Origin: Nitrospirota bacterium
GTDB taxonomy: Bacteria > Nitrospirota > Thermodesulfovibrionia > Thermodesulfovibrionales > Dissulfurispiraceae
Assembly: GCA_963790025.1 (NCBI GenBank)
Contig: CAWBMP010000002.1
Span: forward strand, 64,001-128,000
DNA length: 64,000 bases
Reading direction: 5' to 3'
Part shown: positions 1 through 9,140 of the stretch, piece by piece
Layout: each line of letters opens with the position of its first letter
Numbering within the stretch: the first letter of the stretch is position 1
Notes under the pieces: model-generated
What the model was told of the DNA's origin: nothing
Databases searched by the model: none
What the model saw: only the letters and a program-made list of their open reading frames with translations
Translations under genes and position numbers: made by a program

Positions 1-449
1 CGGGAATAAACAGGCTCGTCAATTCCCGTGACCTGCAGGCAAGCATCGGCTCGCTGGCTAAGATGCTCAAAGACAGTGATGCGCTTGTGAAGAATCTTAA
101 TGCCGAAGTCGGACCTCTGGCTGCAAATATAAAGGGAACAACAGCTGCCGCCCGGTCGGCCTTTGTGCAGGCCGAAAAAACACTCAGATTTGACGAAGGC
201 GCACCCGGGCAGATCGCATCGGGCATCAAAGAAACTCTGTCATCAGCCGACGCTACTTTGAAAGAAACTCGCAGAGCCGTCGAAAATATTAACGTGGTTG
301 CTGTGCAGAATGCAAATCTCGGATATGATATAAGCAGGACGCTTGAACAGATCGCTGAGCTCTCCCGTTCCATCCGTGTTCTGGCGGATTACCTTGAACG
401 CCACCCTGAAGCATTGCTTAGAGGGAAGAGCCCTGCTAAAGGAAACTGA
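1..449 (+). CDS. MCE/MlaD (PqiB-like) protein, C-terminal part, probably truncated by window edge
   Basis: Helical region ending in LADYLERHPEALLRG, typical of PqiB/MlaD C-termini; directly upstream of a PqiC-like gene. Confidence 0.75.
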   Translation, partial: GINRLVNSRDLQASIGSLAKMLKDSDALVKNLNAEVGPLAANIKGTTAAARSAFVQAEKTLRFDEGAPGQIASGIKETLSSADATLKETRRAVENINVVAVQNANLGYDISRTLEQIAELSRSIRVLADYLERHPEALLRGKSPAKGN

Positions 450-450
450 T

Positions 451-1095
451 ATGAGAACTATTCGTTTGGATCAGCTTTCGCTCTTTGCTCTCGCATTGTT
501 CGTGGTGAGTCTGACCGGATGTGCTACTTCTCCATCGTCGAAGTTCTATCAGTTAACCCCGGTGCAGAGCAGGACTTCGGTCGCCCGTGATGAGTCAACC
601 TGCCAGAACCCGGTTATTGCCATAGGTCCTGTTCGCATACCCGACTATCTTGACCGGCCTCAGATAGTGACCCGCTCCGGCAAGAATGAACTCAAACTCT
701 CGGAATTTGACCGATGGGCTGGTTCTCTTGAGAGCGATGTCAGTCGTGTCCTCGTAGAGGACATCTCCAGCGTTATGCCTGCTGATCGTTTTTCCGTCGT
801 GCGCTGGGCACCTTACCTGGAGAGTCAACTGCCTGCTTCATACAGAGTCGAAGTGCTTGTGGATCGATTTGAAGGAACACCTGGTGATTCAGTGCTGTTG
901 AAGGCCCAATGGGGAGTATTCGACGCTAACAGAAGTTTGCTTCTTAAAAGGGAATCGCTGATCAGAGAGCAGATAAATGGCAGTAGTTATGATGCGCTCG
1001 TTGCCGCGATGAGTAGTGCTCTTGAGAGGATGAGCCGGGACATCGCTGGTGGGATCGGGTCTGTTTTCCAGAAGGAGCAAACGGGGGATATATGA
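451..1095 (+). CDS. pqiC: PqiC-family membrane-integrity transporter lipoprotein
   Basis: ATG at 451, lipobox LTGC, motifs IPDYLDRPQIV and RWAGSL. Confidence 0.8.
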   Translation: MRTIRLDQLSLFALALFVVSLTGCATSPSSKFYQLTPVQSRTSVARDESTCQNPVIAIGPVRIPDYLDRPQIVTRSGKNELKLSEFDRWAGSLESDVSRVLVEDISSVMPADRFSVVRWAPYLESQLPASYRVEVLVDRFEGTPGDSVLLKAQWGVFDANRSLLLKRESLIREQINGSSYDALVAAMSSALERMSRDIAGGIGSVFQKEQTGDI

Positions 1096-1167
1096 CTCTT
1101 AATCTGTCGTCGAGAACATGGACTATCATTGCAAGTTAAAATTCTTATACTTTTCTTCGAACTGACT

Positions 1168-1194
1168 TCTCCCTGATATTCGGGAGACTTTTTT
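1168..1194 (+). terminator. Intrinsic terminator
   Basis: TCTCCC-N8-GGGAGA hairpin followed by CTTTTTT after pqiC. Confidence 0.55.
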
Positions 1195-1224
1195 CTATAA
1201 TGTACTGACAGGACATAGCTACTA

Positions 1225-2385
1225 ATGAAAAAAAGAGATCATAAAGATTTTCCGGCAAAAGTATCTCGCGGAAAATGGGCGTCGTACACAGTGGATGATA
1301 TTGAAGAGATCATTGCATTTTATTTCGGGGCTAAGAGCGGGCCTGAATCAAGACAGACTTTTTCTCAGCCGGACCTGGCTATATACTCAGTGACGCTGGA
1401 AGGCAAATTTACCGATATAAGCCAGTCAGGAGTCAATATGTTAGGTTATGCTTCGAAAGAAGAGATTCTGAAGAGCGGCGAAGCAAGAGCTATTTTTTTG
1501 AACGAAAGAGATGGAGAAAAAATCAAAGAGCTTATTGAAACACAAGGTTATGTTAAAGATTGCGAAGTAATGATGAAGAAAAAAAATGGAGAATTATTGA
1601 ATATTCTTGTAACCGGGACGGCCCTCCATGATGAAACGGGAAAGATTTATGCCTACCGCGGCGTAATCCGGGATATAACACCTCAGAGGCGGCTTGAAAA
1701 ATTCACTCAGGCGCTTGAGACCATTGTGGCTGAACGAACCATGAGCATCATGGCGCTGACCCTTGCAGATAAGGTCAGAAATCCCGCTATCGTAATCGGG
1801 TTGTTGAGTAAGAAGATGCTGGACAGGGAGATGCCGGGTGATTTGAAAGAATCACTTCTGGACATCAAGACCGAAGCCGGGAAACTCGAAGAGATAGTAA
1901 GAGAATTTCAGAGCATACTCAGGGACAGGCGCTCCGTTTTTGTGTACGAGGACGTAAATGCAAGTTTAAAAAGCCTCATTCCCATTATTGAAAAGGAAGT
2001 GGACCGAAAAGGGATAAGGCTTTTTGTCGAAATTCCGGAGAAGCCCCTTAAAATAAATATGCAAAAGGATTTATGGAGTGTGGCTCTCCTGCAAGTCGGC
2101 AAAAACGCAATCGAAGCAACTCCATCAGGAGGGGAGATAACCATAGCAACATATCAAGAGAATGACAATATACTAATTTCCGTGTTGGATACGGGCCAAG
2201 GCATTCCTGAGGATGAGATCGAAAAAATATTCGATCCCCTTTTCACTACGAAGATGCACCGGTACGGAATGGGACTGCCTTTAGTGAAGCAGATAATCTC
2301 AGAACACATGGGTACGGTACAAGTAGAAAGCAACAAAGGCTATGGGACCACGTTTCGCTTGGTTTTCCCTGCGAGATGGCGATAG
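1225..2385 (+). CDS. PAS-domain sensor histidine kinase-like protein with degenerate H-box
   Basis: PAS/PAC (RDIT), HATPase N/G1/F/G2 boxes (NAIEA, DTGQGI, FDPLFTTK, GMGL); H-box reads ADKVRNP. Confidence 0.8.
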   Translation: MKKRDHKDFPAKVSRGKWASYTVDDIEEIIAFYFGAKSGPESRQTFSQPDLAIYSVTLEGKFTDISQSGVNMLGYASKEEILKSGEARAIFLNERDGEKIKELIETQGYVKDCEVMMKKKNGELLNILVTGTALHDETGKIYAYRGVIRDITPQRRLEKFTQALETIVAERTMSIMALTLADKVRNPAIVIGLLSKKMLDREMPGDLKESLLDIKTEAGKLEEIVREFQSILRDRRSVFVYEDVNASLKSLIPIIEKEVDRKGIRLFVEIPEKPLKINMQKDLWSVALLQVGKNAIEATPSGGEITIATYQENDNILISVLDTGQGIPEDEIEKIFDPLFTTKMHRYGMGLPLVKQIISEHMGTVQVESNKGYGTTFRLVFPARWR

Positions 2386-2438
2386 CGGTCAAATTCAGGG
2401 CTGAGTGGGAAAATCCACACAGCAAGGGGGTAAGGCAA

Positions 2439-2732
2439 ATGAACTCAGATTGCAGGCTCAGCGCTAATGACATCATAAAGGTGCTGGAAGCCCATGGGGT
2501 ATTGCCAGAGAGCACGCTGTTAGATGAGATTCAAGGACTTTTATCACTTTATGATGATATTTTACGGAAACGTCTCGGGGATATCCCCGTCTCATTCAAC
2601 AGGAAAAAAGCCCTGTTGGCTCTTCTCGAAGAGGGGCTCATGCAGGAGGGCTTCATTCCCAATAATCAGCCGAAGCAATTTGAAATTCCTGAGATAGAGG
2701 AACTCTTGAAGAAGGTGCGACTCAAAAGCTAA
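2439..2732 (+). CDS. Hypothetical protein
   Basis: ORF with purine-rich RBS-like sequence before ATG 2439. Confidence 0.5.
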   Translation: MNSDCRLSANDIIKVLEAHGVLPESTLLDEIQGLLSLYDDILRKRLGDIPVSFNRKKALLALLEEGLMQEGFIPNNQPKQFEIPEIEELLKKVRLKS

Positions 2733-2834
2733 CTAAGGATAAACAAGAATCGGGAAACCAACTAAGGTGCTCTTTTAAAGTGTGTACTAAGATAATCTGG
2801 AAATGAGTGAAATAACGTGGAGACATAGAAAAAT

Positions 2835-4154
2835 ATGCTTGATTTTTATCCGCATGATTTAGTCGAAATACTTCTCGAAAAATGGAATGCTGGAGAATCG
2901 GACAAATTGCCGAACCCGGACGTATTGAATCAGCTTGTTTCCACATGTTACCAGACCAGTATAATGGCAGAAGAGGAAAGATCCTTGAGGTTCAGACTTA
3001 TTTTGATAGACCCGGAAACGCTTTCGACCGAGGATGGACCGCCGGATGGTCTTCACAGGTTAATTTTTGATGAGCCTCGCGCCTTCAGCCAGTATGAGTT
3101 GCGGAAATTGGCGCCTGCTGTGGATTTTTACGGTTCATTGATCGGCGTTAAATTGAATGCCGCAGGGGCACTGCAGATTTGGGGCATTGTACACTCAGGC
3201 CAGCGGTGGATACAGGCGATAAGGGGGGGAAGTCTCGGATATTCGCCGCTGCCTCCTTCGCTTATTTTGTATGTAGTACGAGCCGGCCACATAGTTGTGT
3301 GCAGGGGCTCGGAAATGATCGCTATGCTGAGTGATGGAAGGATTCTGACTCCGTCTAAAAGCGTGTTGAACTCAAGTTGGTTTAGGGAGAGCGTCGGTGA
3401 GGGGACAATGAGCCTCTGGAATCTCCATGATGCTGCGCGGTCAAAAGCGAAGGAACCCTGGGCTTTGCTTGAACGGAATTTTCAGCATTTGATTGGGCGG
3501 CAGATTATAAAACGGATAATCAGTATAGTACGCAATTCTCACCACGGCGGTACTTTAATCTCTCTGTCATCGGAAAGAAGACAGGAGGCCTGTTCGCCGA
3601 ATAATTACTTGAACATCAAGTACCTGTTTAAGGAGGAAGAGCCGCGGAACAGGTTTCGCACACTGCTTCTCAAAATCATGAACACACTTGCGGAGAGCTA
3701 CGGAGACTCGGGTCAGCCTGATCGGATTGTGGGCTGGAAGGAATATATTATCAGCAAAAATGATGTTCTGAGGCAGCTCGATGAGGCTGTCTTTGAATAC
3801 GCCCATTTCATCGCCGGTCTTACTGCTGTTGATGGAGTTGTCGTATTGACGCAACGACAGGAACTCCTCGGTTTCGGGGGAGTCATATTGGGTCCTTCAG
3901 ATAAGATGAAAATAGCACGAGCATTGGATCCTCAGGGTGATAATACAGTATTGGAATCGATGGACAACGTAGGTATGAGGCATAGGGCGGTTTATCACCT
4001 TTGCAATGAGTTGCACGATGCCTTGGCAGTGATTATATCCCAGGATGGAGATGTCGATGTGGTAAAGTGGAAAAGCGGAATTGTCACATGTTGGAATGTT
4101 TTACCGTATCCGCATTTTACTGAAGATTCATCCGCTTGTGAATGGCTGTCGTAG
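2835..4154 (+). CDS. DisA_N/DAC-like (diadenylate cyclase-like) protein with large N-terminal putative sensor domain
   Basis: C-terminal AVDGVVVL, GMRHRAV and IISQDG motifs match the DAC DGA/RHR motifs; HHGGTL motif. Confidence 0.7.
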   Translation: MLDFYPHDLVEILLEKWNAGESDKLPNPDVLNQLVSTCYQTSIMAEEERSLRFRLILIDPETLSTEDGPPDGLHRLIFDEPRAFSQYELRKLAPAVDFYGSLIGVKLNAAGALQIWGIVHSGQRWIQAIRGGSLGYSPLPPSLILYVVRAGHIVVCRGSEMIAMLSDGRILTPSKSVLNSSWFRESVGEGTMSLWNLHDAARSKAKEPWALLERNFQHLIGRQIIKRIISIVRNSHHGGTLISLSSERRQEACSPNNYLNIKYLFKEEEPRNRFRTLLLKIMNTLAESYGDSGQPDRIVGWKEYIISKNDVLRQLDEAVFEYAHFIAGLTAVDGVVVLTQRQELLGFGGVILGPSDKMKIARALDPQGDNTVLESMDNVGMRHRAVYHLCNELHDALAVIISQDGDVDVVKWKSGIVTCWNVLPYPHFTEDSSACEWLS

Positions 4155-4517
4155 ATAATTTTACCACGTTGGCAAACTGAATAAAGTACATATAAGAGAG
4201 ATCTATGAGGGCAAGAAAACAAATAGCTCGGCAGCAATTATTAACTGTACTACACAAGTGCCCGCGAGTAATTCCTGTTGAAACAAAGGGTCTTTATTGT
4301 GATGGCCACACTCTCAACCAGTATAAGTAGCAAGTGATAACAAGGAGTTACATTCAGAAGTGTAACAATATGGGCTGTAACAAACGCCCTGTGGTTTTCC
4401 AAGCGGATCTAATTCTGGTGGTACTCTTTTAGCTGAGTTCCCGTTGTAGCGGGTCCAGCCATAACGGTGGTCTGTCTTCTGATGAGATGAATTATCTTTT
4501 TGTGCCTCCTACACCGT

Positions 4518-4806
4518 CTATCGGCCCGACTGCCCTTTCATCTTTATATCAACTGACTCAAGGAATTCAGAGAATTCCTGCTCAGATGCCCCCGGCAACC
4601 TCCTGCACATCTCCTCAATAGCCACTCCATTCCTGAACCCCTTCCTTTATCTGCCGCAGCCCATCAATCACTTCTCTCTCTGGTGTCCCCCGCCTGATCA
4701 GTTCTCTTCCCATATCTGCAATTGTCATTCTCCGATTTATGGCTACTTCATCGAGACTTTCATACTCATCCTCTGTGAGCCGGATACTTATTACTTTTGT
4801 TCGCAT
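4518..4806 (-). pseudogene. TrwA/MobC-like RHH protein, internally deleted paralog of 27880-28224
   Basis: Close DNA homology to 27880-28224, with a 59-nt deletion between TCCTGA microrepeats that shifts the frame. Confidence 0.8.
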
Positions 4807-4824
4807 AACATACCTCCTTTTTTA

Positions 4825-4986
4825 CAGAGCATGAATGCGAGGCATGGCTGATTTTTGTAATCGGACGTAAACGCCGAAGGAATGATTTATCACATCGGGT
4901 CGGCAGTCAGTAGTGATTACATACTGTGGCAGGCAGGAAGCGCCGGAACTGGCAAGGGAAGTTGCGTTGGGTGTGAATGGTACCAG
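4825..4986 (+). promoter_or_regulatory. Putative oriT (MOB-F-type nic), copy 1
   Basis: TTGCGTTGGGTGT^GA resembles F nic TTTGCGTGGGGTGT^GG; 37-bp block 4950-4986 is identical to 28368-28404. Confidence 0.6.
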
Positions 4987-5051
4987 TGGCTGTTAGTCCT
5001 TTTTAATCAGAGTTTTTTCAGGCACAGGCATACTTCAAAATAAATATCAGC

Positions 5052-5363
5052 TTAAATCTTTATGCCATGGCGCTTGATCTCGGCAGCAAGAGGATATTCT
5101 TCGATAAAATCCTGCGGCCTGAATGTAACCGGTTCAATGTTCAAATCGACCTTTGCTCTCAAACGGGCTACACGCAACCCGTCCTCAAATCTGTTTCCCG
5201 AGAAATCGTCAGAGATAATTGCTACATCTATATCACTGTCTATTGTTTCCGTATTGCGGGCATATGATCCGTAAAGGTATACTGCCCTGACTTTAATGCC
5301 ACTGGAACTTACCAGCGACTTATATTTCTTTACTAAATCTTTGATATTTTTTCTGACAGCCAT
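5052..5363 (-). CDS. Minimal nucleotidyltransferase (MNT/MntA-like)
   Basis: YLYGSYAR...SDIDVAII motif (GS..DxD). Confidence 0.85.
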   Translation of the reverse strand: MAVRKNIKDLVKKYKSLVSSSGIKVRAVYLYGSYARNTETIDSDIDVAIISDDFSGNRFEDGLRVARLRAKVDLNIEPVTFRPQDFIEEYPLAAEIKRHGIKI

Positions 5364-5372
5364 GTGCAAGTA

Positions 5373-6026
5373 TCAAGCCCCTTGTTTTTGAAACAGGTCC
5401 CATCCCCCGGTGTTTTCATAATAACGGCGGCCTGCCTGGACAAGCTTCTTTGCAACTGTTTCAGGCTTTGCCGTAAGTCTGTATTTTATTTTTGCTGCAT
5501 CTGCAAGTTTGAACAACTCTTTTTTATGTTTGACCAGGCGTGTTACTTCGAATTTCATTTGTTCTTCATCCAGGCCTCCCAGTGTTCGCACCTGCTCAAG
5601 CAGCCCCAACTCATCGTCGGCGCTCAAGTCGAGCACCGATTTCTTGGGAGGCATTCTGAGGATATGTAGAGCCTCTTCGATTTTGCCGGACTCTACAATT
5701 TTCTTAAATACTTTGGCTAGGTATGTCGCAGGTGTGTCGCTTTTGGATTTAGCAGTTTTTTTGCCCAAAGCCTTTAGCGAAAAATTTGCCGTACCTGAAA
5801 AAGAGTCTTCTGACAGAGGGAAAGAGGTTTGAAGGAGCATCTTCAGGTCCGCCGCCTTCGGAGTCAGTCCCTGCCTCACCGATTCCAAGGCCTGATCGAA
5901 ACGGTCCAGCGCCTTGGCAAAACGGTCCGCTTCTTTAATAAAGCGGCTGTCGTCGAGTTCATCCGCATGCTTCCTGATCGTTTCGGCTGCCCGGGATAAT
6001 TGTTCGGCAAGGCTTAGCATGCCCAT
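5373..6026 (-). CDS. Hypothetical helical protein coupled to the ParA gene
   Basis: 217-aa ORF overlapping the ParA stop. Confidence 0.65.
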   Translation of the reverse strand: MGMLSLAEQLSRAAETIRKHADELDDSRFIKEADRFAKALDRFDQALESVRQGLTPKAADLKMLLQTSFPLSEDSFSGTANFSLKALGKKTAKSKSDTPATYLAKVFKKIVESGKIEEALHILRMPPKKSVLDLSADDELGLLEQVRTLGGLDEEQMKFEVTRLVKHKKELFKLADAAKIKYRLTAKPETVAKKLVQAGRRYYENTGGWDLFQKQGA

Positions 6027-6925
6027 ATAACCTCCTCGATGTGATTTATAAAAGAGTCGGTCAGTTTAAAATAGTCATAAGACCCTATGCTCTTTTCACT
6101 GTAAATAATAACAGGTTGGTGAAGATTGGAACATTCCGCTATCTTCACGCAGTCCCGGATGTAGGGTGTAAGCACAGCGGCGCACTGGTGGATTAGTTTC
6201 TGTGTCTTCAGATTCCTCATTTCGAGCTTCAGTTCGTTTATGCTCTGATCGAAAACATTCCCTATTGAGCGATAGCGATTGATGATGACCGCCACAATGC
6301 GGGGATTGAGCTTCTTTCCCTGATAGCCGTTCACCTGGTACTGAAAACTTTTCACCATCTTGCTGAAAAGACGAAAACCTGAAAGGGAGAGAAAATCCGG
6401 TAAATAGGGGACAACATAGGCATCGGCAAAATAGAGGGCGTTCTTGGATATGTTATAAATATTGGGCGGACAGTCGATAAGCACGTAGTCATACTCCTTC
6501 ACTGCATCTTTAAGCCCCTCGAACATGGCAGCATAGTACGGGGTGTCATGCAAGCCGGAAAGACGCTCCTCGGTCTCCATAAGACTTATTGAAGAAGGAA
6601 GCAGATCCAGATGTGAGATATATGGGAACCCTTCATCAGAAATAGGAACGCCCCTGATCACTGCGCTGTTAAAATCGAAACTCCTCGTACCGCTAATATG
6701 ATCTGCAAAGACCTGGTAAACAGTTAGGGAAGGGTCTTCCAGCCGCTTGGAAAGATGTCTCCGCTTGAGCAGCCAAAACGTGGCATTGCACTGAGCGTCA
6801 ATGTCTACAATCAGAACCTTTTTCCTGTGATATTTAGCAAGGCAAGCGCCGATGTTCACCACGTTAGCGGTCTTGCCAACTCCTCCCTTAAAATTGATGA
6901 ATGCTACGATCCAGGGTTTCTTCAT
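6014..6925 (-). CDS. ParA/Soj-family ATPase
   Basis: Deviant Walker A NFKGGVGKT, DIDAQCN, IDCPP. Confidence 0.9.
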   Translation of the reverse strand: MKKPWIVAFINFKGGVGKTANVVNIGACLAKYHRKKVLIVDIDAQCNATFWLLKRRHLSKRLEDPSLTVYQVFADHISGTRSFDFNSAVIRGVPISDEGFPYISHLDLLPSSISLMETEERLSGLHDTPYYAAMFEGLKDAVKEYDYVLIDCPPNIYNISKNALYFADAYVVPYLPDFLSLSGFRLFSKMVKSFQYQVNGYQGKKLNPRIVAVIINRYRSIGNVFDQSINELKLEMRNLKTQKLIHQCAAVLTPYIRDCVKIAECSNLHQPVIIYSEKSIGSYDYFKLTDSFINHIEEVIWAC

Positions 6926-7019
6926 AAGTATTAGGGTAGAGCAATTATCCGGCAATCCAGCGCCCGTCTTCTTCTCTCTCGATTTCTATCTTCATTTTCA
7001 TAAGCTCCGCCATTCTCTT

Positions 7020-7292
7020 TCATTTATGAGACTCCACCAAACGTCCTGATATGTATTTATGTAACACGCTTGAAACCAGACTCTGATATGGCATCCCTTC
7101 CTCTAAAGCCTTTGCTTTTAAGGATTCCAGGTCTCTCTTTGCAATACGGATATTCATCCTCTGATCTTTCAGCATTGTAGCTTTAGCAGCAGCCCGCAGC
7201 TTCTTTTTGAGAGCCGCACTGTCTTTCATCGGTTTCCATTCATCTTTTTCTATCTCTTCAACAAGTTTCTTTTCCTCTTTATCTCTTGCCAT
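7020..7292 (-). CDS. CopG/BrnA-like antitoxin
   Basis: RMNIRI...LKAKALEEGMPYQSLVSSVLHKY RHH motif. Confidence 0.8.
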   Translation of the reverse strand: MARDKEEKKLVEEIEKDEWKPMKDSAALKKKLRAAAKATMLKDQRMNIRIAKRDLESLKAKALEEGMPYQSLVSSVLHKYISGRLVESHK

Positions 7293-7294
7293 AA

Positions 7295-7573
7295 TTACCT
7301 CCTTTTGTCTCCCAGATAGCGTTCGGTATACTTCCTGCTGGGATAAATTGTTTTCAGAAAAAACTCATCTTCTTTTATTACCGTCGGAACAGCATATACA
7401 TACTCATTTATTGACACCAAAATCAATACCTGATTCGGATATCTCTCTTTATTGGGATGATCCAGAATATCGACTAAATTATCTGAATCAATAGCAACAA
7501 GAACTTGCTCAAACGATATATTTCTGTTCTTTTTTAACTCCTCGTTCTTTTTGTTATCCCAATTGAATATCAT
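7295..7573 (-). CDS. BrnT-like toxin (RelE fold)
   Basis: FNWDNKKNEELKKNRNISFE...FLKTIYPSRK; directly upstream of the antitoxin. Confidence 0.8.
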   Translation of the reverse strand: MIFNWDNKKNEELKKNRNISFEQVLVAIDSDNLVDILDHPNKERYPNQVLILVSINEYVYAVPTVIKEDEFFLKTIYPSRKYTERYLGDKRR

Positions 7574-7626
7574 AAATTACAATATATCAATGTATGCCTT
7601 TTGTCAATACATCGATGTGCCGGTTC

Positions 7627-7786
7627 GGAGACAGGTTGGAGACGTGTTTTCTGGGAATAATATCTTTATTTATCAAGGAGATGAAAAACGGAGGGGGTGA
7701 GATTCGAATAGACCCCCCATTCTCGTATCTATTTGATTTTTTAAGGTTATTATGGCTCTCACAATCTTGGGAGACGGACGGGAGAC
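7627..7786. repeat. att junction A: copy of tRNA-Ser 3' end (7689-7708) flanked by paired GGAGAC arm repeats
   Basis: CGGAGGGGGTGAGATTCGAA identical to 35698-35717; GGAGAC at 7627, 7638, 7770, 7781. Confidence 0.9.
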
Positions 7787-7805
7787 GGATTGGATTTGCT
7801 ATCTT

Positions 7806-8160
7806 TCAGTCTTTCGAACTTTTGCGGTCCTTATGCGATGGAAGCGTGCCCTTCAACAGGCGTTCCTCATATGAGTCTTCTTTCCTGCACCGGTTAATTA
7901 TGGTCGTTTCCTCAAGCGGTGCCCCCATTGTCCAGTAAACCAGTCCGCCATCGTCATAGTAGGTAATGCTTTTCTGATAGAACTTTCCCTCGTATCCGTT
8001 GGCTCGAATGTGGCAAACCAGCAGTACAAAGAGGTTCTCATCTACCAGCTCTCGAACGATATACTCGTGGGGCCATTCTAGCATCGTCTTGGCAAACGTC
8101 CATTGTGAGGAGTCAATGAACTCACGCAGAGCCTTTGTCAACCGAATGGAATTCCCCTTG
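7806..8160 (-). CDS. Hypothetical protein (WTFAKTM..PHEY motif)
   Basis: ORF; start probably TTG 8160 after a GGGGAG RBS rather than 8276. Confidence 0.55.
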
Positions 8161-8184
8161 TTCAAGCTCCCCCTTTTCTCAATC

Positions 8185-8769
8185 CTATATGTCCAGCCTG
8201 TCAGGGAGCCGGTGGAGTGTATGAATACACTTATTACAAGCCACAATGACTGGCTCGGTTTCCCATCGTGGCGCAAGCATCGTCCCTTTATCTGGAATAT
8301 CGCAGAAAGGCGATGGTTGTTGGTAGAGCCAGTTCATTATTGAAGCCTCAAGCCGTTCAAGGATGCGCGGCTGATTTCCGATATCGGAGACGAAAATACG
8401 GAACCCTTCGAGTTGCCTATTGGCCGCGTCAAGGATCATGGTTTTCCTCTTCTCAAATTCTGTGCGCTTCTCTGGAGACCAGCCCCATCCGTGCCATATT
8501 TCCTCTCGTCTACCTTGTTTCATAGCAGCGATATCAAGAACGGTATAGTCCCCACTCATATACTTGATAGTGTGCTCTCGGAAACGAATTGGGACTGGAC
8601 GCCGGGTAATTCCAGCCGCATAGATCAGGTAACCGTTCAGATATTCAACAGTCATCAGGTAAGCTCCGGGATGTTTTGGAATAGATGGCAACTTCGTTGT
8701 GGTCTCGAACTTCGGCCACGCATAAGGGCCAGTCCATACAACATCTATGACGCATTTATCAGACATCAT
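8185..8769 (-). CDS. Putative GIY-YIG-like nuclease
   Basis: PGAYL...IYAAGIT...RFREH...ERLEA spacing resembles the GIY-YIG G-Y/Y-G/R/E pattern. Confidence 0.5.
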   Translation of the reverse strand: MMSDKCVIDVVWTGPYAWPKFETTTKLPSIPKHPGAYLMTVEYLNGYLIYAAGITRRPVPIRFREHTIKYMSGDYTVLDIAAMKQGRREEIWHGWGWSPEKRTEFEKRKTMILDAANRQLEGFRIFVSDIGNQPRILERLEASIMNWLYQQPSPFCDIPDKGTMLAPRWETEPVIVACNKCIHTLHRLPDRLDI

Positions 8770-8798
8770 CCGTTATCCATCTTCTCCGAACCTGGAGT

Positions 8799-9129
8799 TC
8801 ACTCTTTACATCCTGCTTCATCTATATTAACAATCTTGGGGGTATCATTCTTAGCCTGTAATGCATTAAAAACTACCTTTTGAGCAGATATATCAGCAGC
8901 GGCATAAATCATTGTGGTACGGATATCCGTATGATTAAGCACTTTCTGTATCGCCGCCACCGGCGCTCCTGGGGCATCCGCAAAAGGCAACACGGCGATT
9001 GTGTCATATTTTGGAGAGTCGTTGGAACCTACATATGGACTAACAGTCGGGTATAGTGTTCTCCGGGATTGGTGCACACATGAGACCAGAACCAAAACCA
9101 GTAAAAACAAACGATATAGCCTTTCGCAT
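8799..9129 (-). pseudogene. Chimeric remnant: lipoprotein N-terminus fused to tyrosine-integrase C-terminus
   Basis: LVSC lipobox and IAVLPF, then AAIQKVLNHTDIRTTMIY homologous to AIQGVLGHTDIRTTMENY of 18956-20338; ATG 9129 is out of frame. Confidence 0.75.
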
Positions 9130-9140
9130 ACTGATCCTCC

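Noticed and set aside
7689..7712. Extra tRNA genes at 7689 and 12898
   Set aside because: Only the 20-nt acceptor/T-arm half is present; these are att cores
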